This document shows positions 11,903-25,946 of a stretch of 64,000 nucleotides of DNA, in pieces. Origin of the DNA: Octopus vulgaris (taxonomy: Eukaryota). Location of the stretch: the NCBI GenBank assembly GCA_951406725.2, contig OX597829.1, positions 39,494,001-39,558,000 of the forward strand. Reading direction: 5' to 3'. The position numbers and the translations under genes were made by a program. The notes beneath the pieces were generated by a model. The model was not told where the DNA came from. It did no database searches and was given only the letters and a program-made list of their open reading frames with translations. Every line of letters begins with the position of its first letter. The stretch's first letter is position 1.

Positions 11903-14349
11903 CATATATACGACAGGATTCTTTCAGTTTCTGTCTACCAAATCCACTCACAAGGCTTTGGTTGGCCCGAGGCTATAGTAGAAGACACTTGCCCAAGGTG
12001 CCATGCAGTAGGACTGAACCCGGGACCATGTGGTTCGTAAGCAAGCTACTTAACACACAACCATTCCTACGCCTAACAATTCTGTCAGCTTGCTGTTCTA
12101 TATGTAATATGCAATATTAAAAACGGATATATTGGATTATTATTGATTACCTGTTCTTGTGGTAGTAGCATAGAATATTGAGATATACATGATGCTATCC
12201 ATTTTAAGACTATGTAGGCTTCAGATTGAGATGTGTATTATACATAGCAACACGTTACACGTAGACATTTACAGTAAATAAATCATTATTCAGAATACCA
12301 TTATTGCAAAAATGGTGAGCTGGTAGAATCTCTTTACTCTTTCCTTGTTTCAGTCATTTGACTGCAACCATGCTGGAGCACTGCCTTTAGTCGAGCAAAT
12401 CGACCCTAGGACTTTTTCTTTGTAAGCCTAGTACTTATTCTATCGGTCTCTTTTGCCGTACTGCTAAGTTACGGGGGCGTAAACACACCAGCATCGGTTG
12501 TCAAGCGATGTTGGAGAGACAAACAGACACGCAAACACACAGACATATATATATATATATATACACATATATACGATGGGCTTCATTCAGTTTCCGTCTA
12601 CCAAATCCACTCACAAGGCTTTGGTCGGCCCGGGGCTATAGTAGAAGACACTTGCCCAAGGTGCCACGCAGTGGGACTGAACCCAGAACCATTAGCGAAT
12701 CATTAGCACATTGGACAAAATGCTTAGCAGCATTTCTTTGAGATTTATGTCCAGAGTTCAAATTCTGCCAAAGTCAGTTTTGCCTTTCATCCTTTTAGAA
12801 CTGATGAAAAATAAGTCTTAGTTGGAAACTGGGGTTGATGTAATCTATTAGCCCCTCCCTTCCAAATTTCAAGCATTGTGCCTGCAGTGGGGGGGAGGGG
12901 TTATTGTGATAATGATGATTAGTTTTAGATTAATGATGATTAGAATGGCATGTTTAAATTTCTCTTTTATCTCTCTCTCTCACTCTAAAGTTGGTAAAAT
13001 AAGTAACAGTCATATGTTGGGGGTAAATTCAATTTGCTTATCTCTAACTTTCAAATGTGTGGGCTTACTCCACTGTAAGATGTCATCGTCTTCATCACCA
13101 CCACAATCATCATCATCACTGCCACCATCATTACTACCACCATCACCATCATCATCATCATCATCTCAACGACCACCATCACCGCTGCCACCACCATCTA
13201 TCATCACTGTCGTCATCATTGCTATCACTGTCATCACTCATCATCATCATCACCATTACCATCATCATTCTCACCTTCTTCATCTTCATCACTGCCATTG
13301 TTGTCATTATTATCTTCCATTCTTCTAGAGTGATAAAATAAATTACCAGGCGTGGCTCTAAGGCTCAGGCATGGGTGTGTGATAAGAAGTTTGCTTCCCA
13401 ACCACATGGTTCCAGGTTTGGTCCTACTGCATGACACCTTGGGCAAATGCCTTCTACTATAGCCTCAGGTTGATCAAAGCCTTGTGAGTGGATTTGGTAA
13501 AATGAAAACTGAAAGAAACCCATTGTATATATGTATATATACATAAAAAAAAAACATGCAGTATATACTGTAAAGTGGTTGGCATTTAGAAGGGCATCCA
13601 GCTGTGAAAATAATGCCAAAACTGACCTCATCCTTGTTGGTGCCATGTAAAAAGTACTCAGTCCACTCTGCTGAGTGGTTGGTGTTAGGAAGGGCATCCT
13701 GCTGTAAAAAACCCCTGCCAAAACAGACAGTGAAGCACGGTGCAGTCTTCTGCCTGGACAGCTCCATTCAAACTGTCCAATCCATAACAGTATGGAAAGC
13801 GGATGTTAAATGAGGAGGATGATGATGATGATGTATATATATATCCATGTGTGTGTATCTGTGTTTGTCGCCCATTACTGCTTGACAAGTAGTATAGGTG
13901 TGTTTATGTCCACATAACTTAGTGGTTTAGCGAAAGAGATTGACAAAATAAGTATCAGGCTTAAAAGAAAAAGTACTGGGGTCGATTTGTTCAAATAGAA
14001 TTCTTCAAGGCAGTGCTCCAGCATGGCCACAGAATAAACAACTGCAACAAAGTAAAAAGTAATTAAGTAATTAGGGTGAAAATTAAATTGCTGCTCCTGC
14101 CTCCAATATTTTAGTCTTCTGGCTGCTAGAGGCAATAGTAGTAGTATTAGTAGCAATTTCTACTTTAGGCACAAGGCCTGAAATTTTGGGGGAGGAGACT
14201 TGTCAATTGTATTGACCTCGTACTTGACTGGTAATTGTTTTACTGGCCCAGAAAAGATGAAAGGTAAAGTTGACACTTTGACAGGATTTGAACTGAGAAA
14301 ATATCACAAGGCACTTTCTTTTGCTAATTCACCACCATTAATAATATCG

Positions 14350-14388
<39 letters not shown>

Positions 14389-15799
14389 GCCTTGATGTAG
14401 TACCAGGTAGTGGCTCTCATGGTTTCTGATCTTAACTGATTGGAAGTGTTTTAATGTACATTGTTTTGTCTTGGTACAAAAGATGGGCTACAGCAAATAT
14501 TCTGCTCAAAACCACAGATTTGCTTGTCAGTTGTTTGACCTTAACCAGTTGAGCATGTCCCTTAGTGGCTGACGATATGTGCATCTCTGATCACGAGCAG
14601 AAGTAGTGGGGGAGCATCCTAGCCATGTGTTGAGAGGGATTCTTTGGGGTTTGAATAATTCACCTCTGGAAACATGGGTGTTTCGTTCAACATCCTTAAA
14701 CAAACCTTATTCAGGGACCTTTTGAGCAGGATGGGCTACTCGACCTGAAGAAAATTCTAACAGTGCCCCCATCATCATCATCATCATCATCAAGTTTTTA
14801 ACTGTTTTATGTTTCCACTGCACTGCTGGGTATATTTCTATATTTTAAGAAGTCTGCAGCATTATCTCATTGAACTGGTTGTATACTACATCAATTTTAT
14901 TTCGTGGTGGCATTAATTTTGCTGTTTCATTATTCTGTATAATGATTTATTTACTGCATAACATGCTGTTATGCATAATACACATCTTGAACTGAGGCCA
15001 AAATAGTCTTTAAAAAAATCTATAATACCATGTGCATCACAAAATATTTAGCATTTCATTTGTTTAATACTAAGAATATCCATCCGTTTTTCTCTGCCCA
15101 CTATTCCCAGGATGGTCAAGGACATTGAGTCTCAGACATCTCTTCCATAGGGTCCTATCAGAATCAAAAGCAGTTGTCATTACACTTCCTGGCTGGATGA
15201 GTTGTATAATTTCATTGGATAGTTGTGTTTCATGTGTATTATATGAGTTGTTTTAGTATGGGGTTGTGATGGTGGTGCTTGCATACAGGACGCACTGTGT
15301 GGTTTGTGTGGATTATCTTATGTTATTGAGTGAAAAATTTGTACAATATCAATTATATGATTGTTGATGGTGTATTGGTCGGTTTATCTTATTGGGTGGC
15401 AATTGTGCATGTGCTGTGAAAGGTGGATTGTTGTTGTTGTTGTTGGTTAACCCCAGGTCAGTCTTAAATAAGGATACCTATGTTACATTAGTGACATCCC
15501 TACAGGCATAGGAAGTGCTCTCGGACAGGCCTATCTGAAATGTGTACAGAACCATGAAATAAATCTGTATACTTAGTGTCCAAGGATTACTGACTTTTGG
15601 AATTATGCCCAAAAGGTGGATGAGTTCATCAAGCAAATGATCTCATCATCATCATCATCGTTTAACGCCCGTTTTCCGTGCTAGCATGGGTTGGACAGTT
15701 CGACTGGGGTCTGGGAAGCCAGGAGGCTGTACCAGGCTCCAGTCTGATCTGGCAGTGTTTCTGCAGCTGGATGCCCTTCCTAACGCCAACCACTCCGTG

Positions 15800-16255
15800 A
15801 GTGTAGTGGGTGCTTTTTACATGCCACTGGCACAGGTGCCAGGGAAGGCTGGCAGTGGCCATGATCAGTTGGTGTTTTTTACATGCCACTGGCACAGAAG
15901 CCAGTCAAGGCGGCGCTGGTATCGGTCACGTTCGGATGGTGCTTTTTATGTGCCACCGGCACAGAAGCCAGTCGGGGCGGCGCTGGCATCGGTCACGTTC
16001 GGATGGTGCTTTTTATGTGCCACCAGCACAGAAGCCAGTCGGGGCGGCGCTGGCATCGGCCACGTTCGGATGGTGCTTTCTATGTGCCACCGGCACAGGA
16101 GCCAGTCAGGGCCGCGCTGGCATCGGCCACGTTCGGATGGTGCTTTTTATGTGCCACCAGCACAGAAGCCAGTCGGGGCGGTGCTGGCATCGGCCACGTT
16201 CGGATGGTGCTTTTTATGTGCCACCGGCACAGGAGCCAGTCGGGGCGGAGCTGGC
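15800..16255. repeat. ~59-60 bp tandem repeat inside the RTE 3' UTR (about 7 units)
   Basis: Unit ~GATGGTGCTTTTTATGTGCCACCGGCACAGAAGCCAGTCGGGGCGGCGCTGGCATCGGCCACGTTCG. Confidence 0.9.
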
Positions 16256-16904
16256 ATAATAATAATAATAATATTTTTACATGCTGGTTTCTAATCCCTC
16301 TGCCTCGCATTTTATTGAGGCCTTTAAAATAAAGTACCAGTCATGTACTGGTGTCAGTGTAATTGATTAACCTCTTCTCCTCAAAACTGCTGGGCTTGTG
16401 TCTTAATTAGAAATCACCATCCTTGACGTCATTATCATCACCATCACCACCACCACCACCACAATCATCACCATCATCTCCACCATCATCACCACCACTG
16501 TTATCGTCATCATCATCACCATCACTGTTGTCATCTTCATCATCATCATCGTTTCTTGTTTGAAAGAAACCTGATAAATGTTTCAAGACATTTCATTTGG
16601 TTTGACAAATAAGTTGTCAAAATTTTCTTAAGACATCATAATCATCACCATCGTAAGATCTTTTAAACAAAACTTATGACTAGAAGGTAAAGTGTTTACT
16701 AGTAGACATTCAAACCATCATTAGCAGCAGCAGTAGCATCATCATCAGCAGCAGCATCAGCATCAATAGCAGTGGCAGTAGCAGAATCAGCAGCAGCAGC
16801 ATTTGAACCATTTTTATTGTCAGTGATGACATCACTGATATCATCACTATCATCATGCTGAACAAGTCACTGCCATTTCCACCACTGACATCTTGTCACC
16901 AACT

Positions 16905-16934
16905 TCATTACTGCTGCTGCTGCTACTACTACTA

Positions 16935-16971
<37 letters not shown>

Positions 16972-17063
16972 CGCCACCTGTGCTGCTTCTCCTGCTGCTG
17001 CTGCTACTACTAGTACTACTACTGCTGCTTCTGCTGCTGCTGCTTCTCCTCCTCCTGCTACTA

Positions 17064-17097
<34 letters not shown>

Positions 17098-17201
17098 GTC
17101 TGCTGCTGCTGCTGCTGCTACTACTACTACTGCTGCTACTACTACTACTACTACTACTACTACTATTATTACTGCTGCTGCTGCTGCGTCTCCGTCTGCT
17201 G

Positions 17202-17242
<41 letters not shown>

Positions 17243-17275
17243 GCTGCTGCTTCTTCTTCTGCTGCTGCTGCTGTT
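16905..17275. repeat. Compound (CTG)n/(CTA)n trinucleotide microsatellite
   Basis: Read directly; produces spurious poly-L and poly-S ORFs. Confidence 0.97.
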
Positions 17276-17453
17276 AACCACTGTCATTTCTACCACCAAC
17301 ACTGCTACCATCACTACCACTGCCATCCCAATTAGGAATATATTGAAAACTTCATGAAACGCAGGTGTGATGATGGCATAGTAGTCGATATATTTGAAAC
17401 AAAATATCAGTTTTTTTTTCTTTCATTTTCCTGATTGCATTCTCTTCCTCTCC

Positions 17454-17500
<47 letters not shown>

Positions 17501-18656
17501 ACATATTACCACAATAAATACTTGAAGGAACATGCATTCTTTTCTTTGCACCAAACCAGCCAATTATCTCAGATTGGAACTTAATAAGATTCCACATCTT
17601 GAGATGTTTCGTTGTCATAGTTATCACACACAAAGCTCTCAGTTCTCCATCTCTGTGGGTATGTTCTTCTGTAACTGTTAAGTATTCTGCAGCTATATTC
17701 TTTGTGCTGGCGATTAACAAAAGCCGATTAAACTGACCAGAGAGGTAATTCTTCTTCGAGCCCCCATCTGAGGAGTGTATGAGTAACAAAATGTTCAAAA
17801 CTGAAATAATAATTGATGCAGGTGTAAGTGTGGCCGTGTGGTTAAGAAGTTTTCTTTGTGAGTACGTGGTTTCAGGTTCAATCCTACTGTATGGCTGGCT
17901 CATTGGTCAAGTGTGTTATAATCTCAGACTGACCAATATTTGGAATTTGGTAGGTAGAAACTGCACAAAAACTTGTGAACACACACACACATTCACACAA
18001 ATACACACACACACACACACAAGTTGTGTGTGTGTGTGTGTGTCCATAATTGAGTTTTAATTTATAATGGTGTAAAAAAAGAAATATGATACTGTTATTT
18101 GTCCCATTATACCCTGCAACTTAGTGGTACAACAGATAGAAACTGATGAAATAAATAATAACGTTGATATAATAAATTAAGAACTTTTCAAGGTGGTGCT
18201 TCAGCATGGCCACAGTCCAGTGATTGAAGTTAGTAAAAGATGGATATATATATATATAATATAAATAATATATAAATATATGCATATATACATACATATA
18301 TGTTACGTATATATGTATATATACTTGCATATATGGGTACAGGACATCAAAGAAACATTGAACACAATGAGAAACAAAAACATAAAAACAAAAACAGATA
18401 AACGAACTATATATATATTTCTTTACTACCCACAAGGGGCTAAACACAGAGAGGACAAACAAGAACAGACAAACGAATTAAGTCGATTATATCAACCCCA
18501 GTGTGTATCTGGTACTTAATTTATCGACCCTGAAAAGATGAAAACCAAAGTTGACCTTGGCGGAATTTGAACTTAGAACGTAACGGCAGACGAAATATGG
18601 CTATGCATTTCACTCTGCGTGCTAACGTTTCTGCCAGCTTGCCGCCTTATAACAAA

Positions 18657-18711
<55 letters not shown>

Positions 18712-19170
18712 TTTGTGTGTGTGTGTGCATGTGTATTGTGCACATGCACATAAATAGAGACATTCTAAAATAGAGAGAGGACTCTTTAGTTTTACTGAAG
18801 ACATGACAACCTCTCAAGTTCTTGTGCCAAAAGATAATGCACCCTGTACATTCTGTAAAGGTGTTGGTGTTAGGAAGGATATACAACTATAGAAACCATA
18901 TAAAGAAACTGGGAAGTGTTAACCAGAGGTGGGTTTTTGATCCATCTTGAATAAGAACTAAAACAGGAATTATAGAAAAGCAAACATAAAGACGTTAATG
19001 TTATATATGTTCTGAGTTCAAATTCCACCGAGGTCGACTTTGCCTTTTGTCCTTTCTGGGTCGATAAATTATGTACAAGTTGCATACTGGGGTTGATCTA
19101 ATTGACTGGGCCACTCCCCAAAGAATTTCGGGTCTGATGCCTAGAGTAGAAAAGAATATATTCATTTATA

Positions 19171-19690
19171 TTATTTACATTATTTATATTAGACAGATAT
19201 TTGTTCTCATCTTGTTTTGTTGTTAACACAGCGTTTCAGCTGATATACCCTCCAGCCTTCATTAGGTGTCTTGGGGAAATTTCGAACCTGGGTTCTCATT
19301 CCTAAGGTATTTTTCGATGTTGTTGTTGTTGTTATAATTATAATTATTATTATTATTATTATTATTATTTTTTTTATCATCATCATTATCAGGTCACTGC
19401 CTGGAATTGAACTCAGAATCTTGGGGTTAGTAGCCCGCGCTTGAGTTCGATTCCAGGCAGTGATCTGAATAATAATAATAATAATAATAATAATGATGAT
19501 AATAATGATAGTATTGAAAAATACCTTAGGAATGAGAACTCTGGTTTGAAATTTCTCCAAGACACCTGATGAAGGCTGGAGGGTATATCAGCCAAAACGT
19601 TGTGTTAACAACAGACGAGGACAAATATCTGTCAAATGTAAATAAGGTAAATAATGTACATAATTCCTCATCTCTTAAATATAGAACTGT
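19171..19690. mobile_element. Head-to-head inverted pair of a tRNA-headed, hammerhead-bearing non-autonomous element
   Basis: 19171-19440(-) and 19442-19690(+) are reverse complements. Each reads partial tRNA-like head (GAGTTCGATTCCAGGCAGTG), (ATA)n, then a body containing ACAC-CTGATGA-A-GGCTG..CAGCC-(G)AAA-CGTT-GTGT. Confidence 0.8.
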
Positions 19691-20103
19691 ATTACATGTT
19701 CATTTGTTCAATGTCAGTTTTTCCATGCTAGTATGGCTTGGACTGGAATTAAAGTACACGTCTGCCAGGGATACATTTATTACATTTAATATTGCTGAAT
19801 CCTCCTTTTCCTAGTTCCTTGTTTCAAACTGACCATTTATCAAATAGCATTGCATTTGTACTATTCGCTACGTTTTCTTTAAGCTTCTTATATCTGTGTG
19901 TGTGCATGTGTGTGTACCTGTTCGGGTGGCATGTAAAAACACCCATTACACTCTTGGAGTGGTTGGCATTAGGAAGAGCACATCCAGTCATTGAAACCAT
20001 GCCAAATCGGACTGGAATCTGGTGTAGCCCCTCAGCTTACCAACCCTGATCAAGCCATTCAACCCATGCCAGCATGGACAATGGATGTTAAATGATGATG
20101 ATG

Positions 20104-20141
<38 letters not shown>

Positions 20142-20152
20142 ATGTGTGTGTG

Positions 20153-20188
<36 letters not shown>

Positions 20189-21397
20189 ACATACATACAT
20201 AGATGCAGATGCAGCTGTGTAGTTAAGAAGCTTATTTCCCAACCACATGGTTCTGGGTTCAGTCCCACTGCATGGCACTTCGGGCAAGTGTCTTTTACTA
20301 TAGCCTCAGGCCTACCAAAGCCTTGTGAATGGATTTGGTTGATGGAAACTGAAAGAAGCCCATAGTACATATATGTATGTATTTGTCCCCCTTACCACCG
20401 CTTCACAACCGATGTTGGTGTGTTTACGTTCCCATAATTTAGCAGTTCAACAAAAATACTCGGCTTACAAAGAAGTTCTGGGGTTGATTTGTTCCACTAA
20501 AGGCGGTGCTCCAGCATGACTGCAGTCAAATGACTAAAGCAAGTAATTAATTTAGTTTAAGAGAACTGAACTGAAATGTTACAGCTTATATATATTTCCC
20601 CTCCTGCAATTGTTAATTGATAGTTCAGCCTCTGCCAATGTTTCAGCATTCTTGCTGCTATCCACAATTTCAATTTATGTTACAAAAAAAAAAAAAAAAA
20701 GAAGAAACAGAGAAAAGACCCCCCCCCCCGGCCCCAAAAAATGAAACTTATATATTCTACTTTTACTTATTGCTGGTCGCCATTTATAAAACAAGGCCTG
20801 GTCTTGTTTTATAAATGAACCTTGAAGGATAACCACTCATTATATCTAATTAGGTAAGTATCCACTGTCAATAACAAGTGATTACTTTTAATGATTTTCT
20901 CAGAAGGAATTTTCTATTTTTTTGACTCCAGTTATTCTGCTTCCTAGATAATGCCTGAAACCTTAGTAGAAGTAGTAGTAGCAGAAGCAGCAGCAGCTGT
21001 TGCTGTTGCTGGATCAACATATGATGAAAGGCATTCCATCTGTGACTGTCCTCTTTCTGTTTCACTTCCCCACTTTCCCCATACTTGATGTCAGAAGCCA
21101 TGCTGATCCCTCTGCAGGAACTTGCTCTGCCTTTCTCTCTCAAAGTAATTCCCTTTGTTTTCTGGCATGAAGCTGCCCCACAAACCTTCCCCAGAGATGC
21201 GCGAGGGATGGTGGTGTCAATGGTGGTGTCAGCTTATAGTTCTGCAAACTGCCTGGTGACCCCCTATAGTGCAGAAGGCATGAGAAAAGCAGCTGGTACA
21301 CTATGTAGAGTGGTTGGCATTAAGAAGGGCATCCTAAGTCCATACCAGACACTGGAGGTCAATTCTGTCCTTTGACATATCAGACTCTGTCAAACCA

Positions 21398-22240
21398 TCA
21401 TCATCATCATCGTTTAGTGTCCGCTTTCCATGCTAGCATGGGTTGGACGGTTCAACTGGGGTCTGGGAAGCCAGAAGGCTGCACCAGGCCCAGTTTGATC
21501 TGGCAATGTTTCTACGGCTGGATGCCCTTCCTAACGCCAACCACTTCATGAGTATAGTGGGTGCTTTTTACGTGCCAGACGAGTCTGGCAAACGGCCACG
21601 ATCGGATGGTGCTTTTTATGTGCCACAGGCACGGGGGCCAGGCGAGGCTGGCAACGGACACGAACGGATGGTGCTTTTTACGTGCCACCGGCATGAGGCC
21701 AGTCGGGGCGGCGCTGGCAACGGCCATGAATGGATGGAGCTTTTTACGTGCCGCCAGCACGCGGCCAGTCGGGGCGGCGCTGGCAACGACCACATTCGGA
21801 TGGTTCCCTTACGTGCCACCGGCACTGGTAACTCAGCTGCAATTTCCATTGATCGATTTCGATTCTGATTCTGATTCTCACTTACCTCAACAGGTCTTCA
21901 CAAGTAGAGTTTTGTGTCCCAAGAAGGGAAGGTATGCATAAGTGGGCTGGCTACATCCCATGCAGAAGGCCACGGGTTATGGTCTCACTTGTCCTGCTGG
22001 GTCTTCTCACGCACAGCATACTTCCAGAGGTCTCGGTCTCTGGTCATTTCTTCAGTGAGACCTAAAGTTCGAAGGTCGTGCTTCACCACTTTGTCCCAGG
22101 TTTTCCTGGGTCTGCCTCTTCCACAGGTTCCCTCAACCGCTAGGGTGTGACACTTTTTCACACAACTATCTTCATCCATTCTCACCACATGCCCATACCA
22201 GCACAAACGTCTCTCTTGCACACCACATCTGATGCTTCAT
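21398..22240 (-). mobile_element. RTE-clade LINE 3' fragment
   Basis: ORF 21985-22221(-) ERRLCWYGHVVRMDEDSCVKKCHTLAVEGTCGRGRPRKTW..DRDLWK, then the 3' UTR and (ATG)n tail. Confidence 0.88.
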
Positions 22241-24275
22241 CAACATGAAAAATAAATATTAAATGATGATGATGATACCTGAGGTCATGAATGACCATAG
22301 GATTGCACCTAGAAAGTTCCCCTTCTAGGCACAAGAGCAGCTAAGGTTGTTTATGGAAGACCAGCAGTTGCCCATGCATACCTGCCTCCCCTCTCTCCAT
22401 GCACTGATGCTATCTAAGGGAAAGGCAAAGTGGCCAATACAGCTTGGCACCAGTGACATTGCAACTCGTCTCTACAGCTGAGTAAACTGGAGCAATGTGA
22501 AATAAAGTGTCTTGCTCAAGAACACACCACACAGCCCTCTCTGGGAATCGAACTCACTAATTCGTGATTGTGAGGTGGATACCCTAACCACTGAGCCATG
22601 TGCCTTCACATTACAGTATACCTAGGATTACATTATTCAATGTGTCTTTTCCTCTTTTTCTCTAAAGTTAGTTGGGTGTAACATTAGGCAAGGTTTGGTT
22701 AGTCGAGACACCATGCAGAGGCTCTGTCATTGGCATGTCATTAGAGTCAAACACTTTGCTGTAATGAGAATATATTATATCTCCTGAGTGGCCTGTGTCA
22801 TGTCTGTGTCTGTCTCAAGTCTTCTATTGGTTAGGAAGCTTATTGTTGTGCAGCCTCTTTAGAGGACAAAAACTATATTGTTTATTGGTAAACTGATTGT
22901 TACTAAATTAGATGGTCAACAATCTCATCTCACTTGTTAAGTTGATTGGTTTATAAATTATTTTTCTCTTTCTTTTTTTTTTCTTTGCTATGCTTTATGC
23001 TTTATTCAACAATCCCATATTATTAATCTCCATAGTTATTATAAAATCATCATTTATTCAGATTGGTTCTACACAAAAGATTGGATCTTTGAATTTAAAC
23101 TATTGCATTATTCTCAGAAATAACATTTGTTAATTTCCTCCAGGATTTCCTTGACTGCAGTTAGGTCTCATATTGTAAAATTTACACTGGGTGATAACAG
23201 GGTGGGTGTTTATTTCCAGAAATATAAATATTCCTCACTGATCACTTTCCTTAATCCTTTCTCTTCAGAGTTTGAGTTAACACACAACTGTGTGGAATTT
23301 CCTAACCTGTCCATTAAATTTTTTTTTTCTGCAGGTGTTGATTTACAGATATTTAAACTGAACATTAACTACATCAATCTCATCCAGCTGGGAGGGCCTG
23401 AGAGTGTCATGGGCACTGGCCTTTCCTTTTGGTTAATGCCATGGAAAAACAGATAAGATAAAAAAATAAAGACAACAGTGTCTTCCATATAGACATTTTG
23501 AAATATCTTTTTCAGGATAGACGTCTATTTTTTTTTCTGGTTGAATGTGTATCTGAGTTTATATGATTAATCAGGGATTACAATCATTAATCAGCTCTTA
23601 AATATAATCCAGTTAAAGCTGAGTTTATCAGGAATTGCAGTCATTATTTACTTCTTAAATATATTCTAATAAAATTTGAGTTTATCAGATTAGTCAGGGA
23701 TTACATTCACTACTCAGATTTTTAATCTCAATAAATGCAGAGTCTGTAACGATGTTCACTGAAGCTATGTAAAAATAATGGACTCTTTAACGAGTACTGT
23801 AACACGTGAGTGATGCAATGTAGGTCAGATGTTACCACATATCTTTGGTTTGATGCGGTTGATTAACTTACTCTACAAGGTTGCTACAATGGAGAACAAT
23901 GGTAGATCTGTTGTGTCAGGTATCACTTAATGTTCACCTGATAGCTGAACTACCATTTTGTGTGTGTGTGTGTGTGTTTATGTATCTGTGTACATATGTG
24001 TCAGTTGAATGACTGAGACAAGTAATATATATATATATGTGTGTGTGTGTGTATATATATATATATACTCTTTACTCTTTTGTTTCAGTCATTTGACTGT
24101 GGCCATGCTGGAGCACCACCTTTAGTCGAGCAGATCAACCCCAGGACTAATTCTTTGGATGCCTAGTACTTATTCTATTGGTCTCTTGCCGAACTGCTAA
24201 GTTACGGAGACGTAAACACACCAGCATCGGTTGTCAAGCAATGTTGGGGGAACAAACACAGGCACACAAACATAT

Positions 24276-24326
<51 letters not shown>

Positions 24327-25084
24327 CGATGGGCTTCTTTCAGTTTCCATCTACCAAATCCACCCACAAGGCTTAGGTTGACCCGAGGCTATAGTAGAAG
24401 ACACTTGCCCAAGGTACCACGCAGTGGGACTGAACCCAGAACCATGTGGTTCGTAAGCAAGCTACTTACTACACAGCCATTCCTATGCCTATGTATATAT
24501 ATATGGGTGGGTGTAAGTGTGGGTGTGGCTTCCAAACTACATGGTTCTGGGTTCAATCCCACTGTGTATCACCTTGGGCAAGTGTCTTCTACTATAAAAT
24601 ATATATTAGCGACTGGCAGTATTGATACTGGACTATATTTATTCCCACTTAAATGTGGATGTTCTGTTGGAACAAACTTAATTGTGGTAGATACCATGAC
24701 AGAAATCTCTCATAACCTTTTGGTGTAAAATGTACTCTTCTTTGTATTGCTGGCAGGAAGATAAATTCCCATCAACTTCCTCTCCCTCTGGACTAGCCAA
24801 ATCTTTGTGTGAATATTTGGTCAAGAAGTGTGGAACATCTTTGAGTTTGTCCCCAGCCTTCTCACCATTGTCAACCGGGTGTTGATTTGTTTATATTGCC
24901 ATAGTTGAGCAGTTCAGCATTAGAGACCCTTAAAAAGTATCAGGCTTAAAAAAAAAATTAAAAGAATCCCACAATACTGGGGTTGATTTGTTTGACTAAA
25001 ATTCTTCAAGGCAGTGCCTCAGTATGGCTGCTGTCCAATGACTGAAACAAACAAAGGATAAAAGATATAACGACTTGCTGTGCT

Positions 25085-25380
25085 ATGTTCTCTGTCTCCA
25101 ACCTTGTGGCATTGGCTGCAAACCTGGGTACCACCAACCGTAATGCTGAGGAAACGAAGTTAAACAAATACAAGAGCCTACCTGGCTGCTATCTGTTTCT
25201 GCCAGTCTCTGTTGAGAGCTCAGGTATTCTTGGACCCCACACTACTGATTTCCTCCATAAAATCAAAATAACAGTAGCCTGCCTGAGAAAAGAGTCTCAC
25301 GAGGTGGGTTGGCTATTACAGTGAATGTCGCTAGCTATTTTCTATGGTGGTGCCTTTCGAACAGGTTGTACACTCCTGTT
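25085..25380 (+). mobile_element. CRE-like non-LTR retrotransposon 3' remnant (restriction-like endonuclease)
   Basis: AEETKLNKYKSL..YLFLPVSVESSGILGPHTTDFLHKI..EVGWLLQ*MSLAI resembles the CRE-clade RLE C-terminus (AExxKxxKY..FxPxAVETxGxxG..LxQRxSxA). Confidence 0.65.
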
Positions 25381-25946
25381 ACTCCCTCCTGTTTGTTTTT
25401 CTTTGTTTCTTTGTTGAAGCAATTCTGTTTTTGTTTATTTTTTCCTTAATAATTTAATCTTTTGTCCTTTTAATATTTTTTCCTTTTCTTCCTGTAAAGG
25501 ATATGTTACTAAATAACAATTCCTTTTAACGAATAAATATACAAAATTCCTTACGTATATGAATTTCGCTAGTGATATATTTTACATTGGTTTGTAATAA
25601 AGGACAACACACTTCAAAGAAATATTATACTATCTGAGTATCCTGTTGTTGCCAGGCAGTTTTCACAATAGAATACCTTTATTTCAATTTATTTCTGTTC
25701 TGTCAAACCACATCTTCCCTGAAGGATAGGCCTCTTGGTCAGGACAGGTTTCAGTATTATTTAAGGACAATTTATAATGTATTGATAAACTAAGCTTTTG
25801 TTTTTCCAGTTGGTGCATAGATGTAATGATTTTTCTTAGCTCACTGCTGATATTTTGTGAAAGTCTTTTGACTCTGTCATCCTAATGAAATTCCTTACAC
25901 ACATGCATACACACATACATACACTCAGTGTGAGTGATACACATAT

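Noticed and set aside
12801-12812. Other isolated CTGATGA/CTGAAGA hits (e.g. 2440, 12801, 14746, 18143, 44293)
   Set aside because: No stem II, GAAA, NUH and stem I arrangement follows.
15686-16332. Repetitive 149-202 aa ORFs
   Set aside because: Frames through the ~60-bp tandem array in the RTE 3' UTR; they recur in every copy of the repeat.
16853-17357. Poly-Ser and poly-Leu ORFs
   Set aside because: Translation of a trinucleotide microsatellite.
17352-17903. 183-aa minus-strand ORF
   Set aside because: Composite of a SINE head, unrecognised sequence and a (GA)n tract; no recognisable domain.
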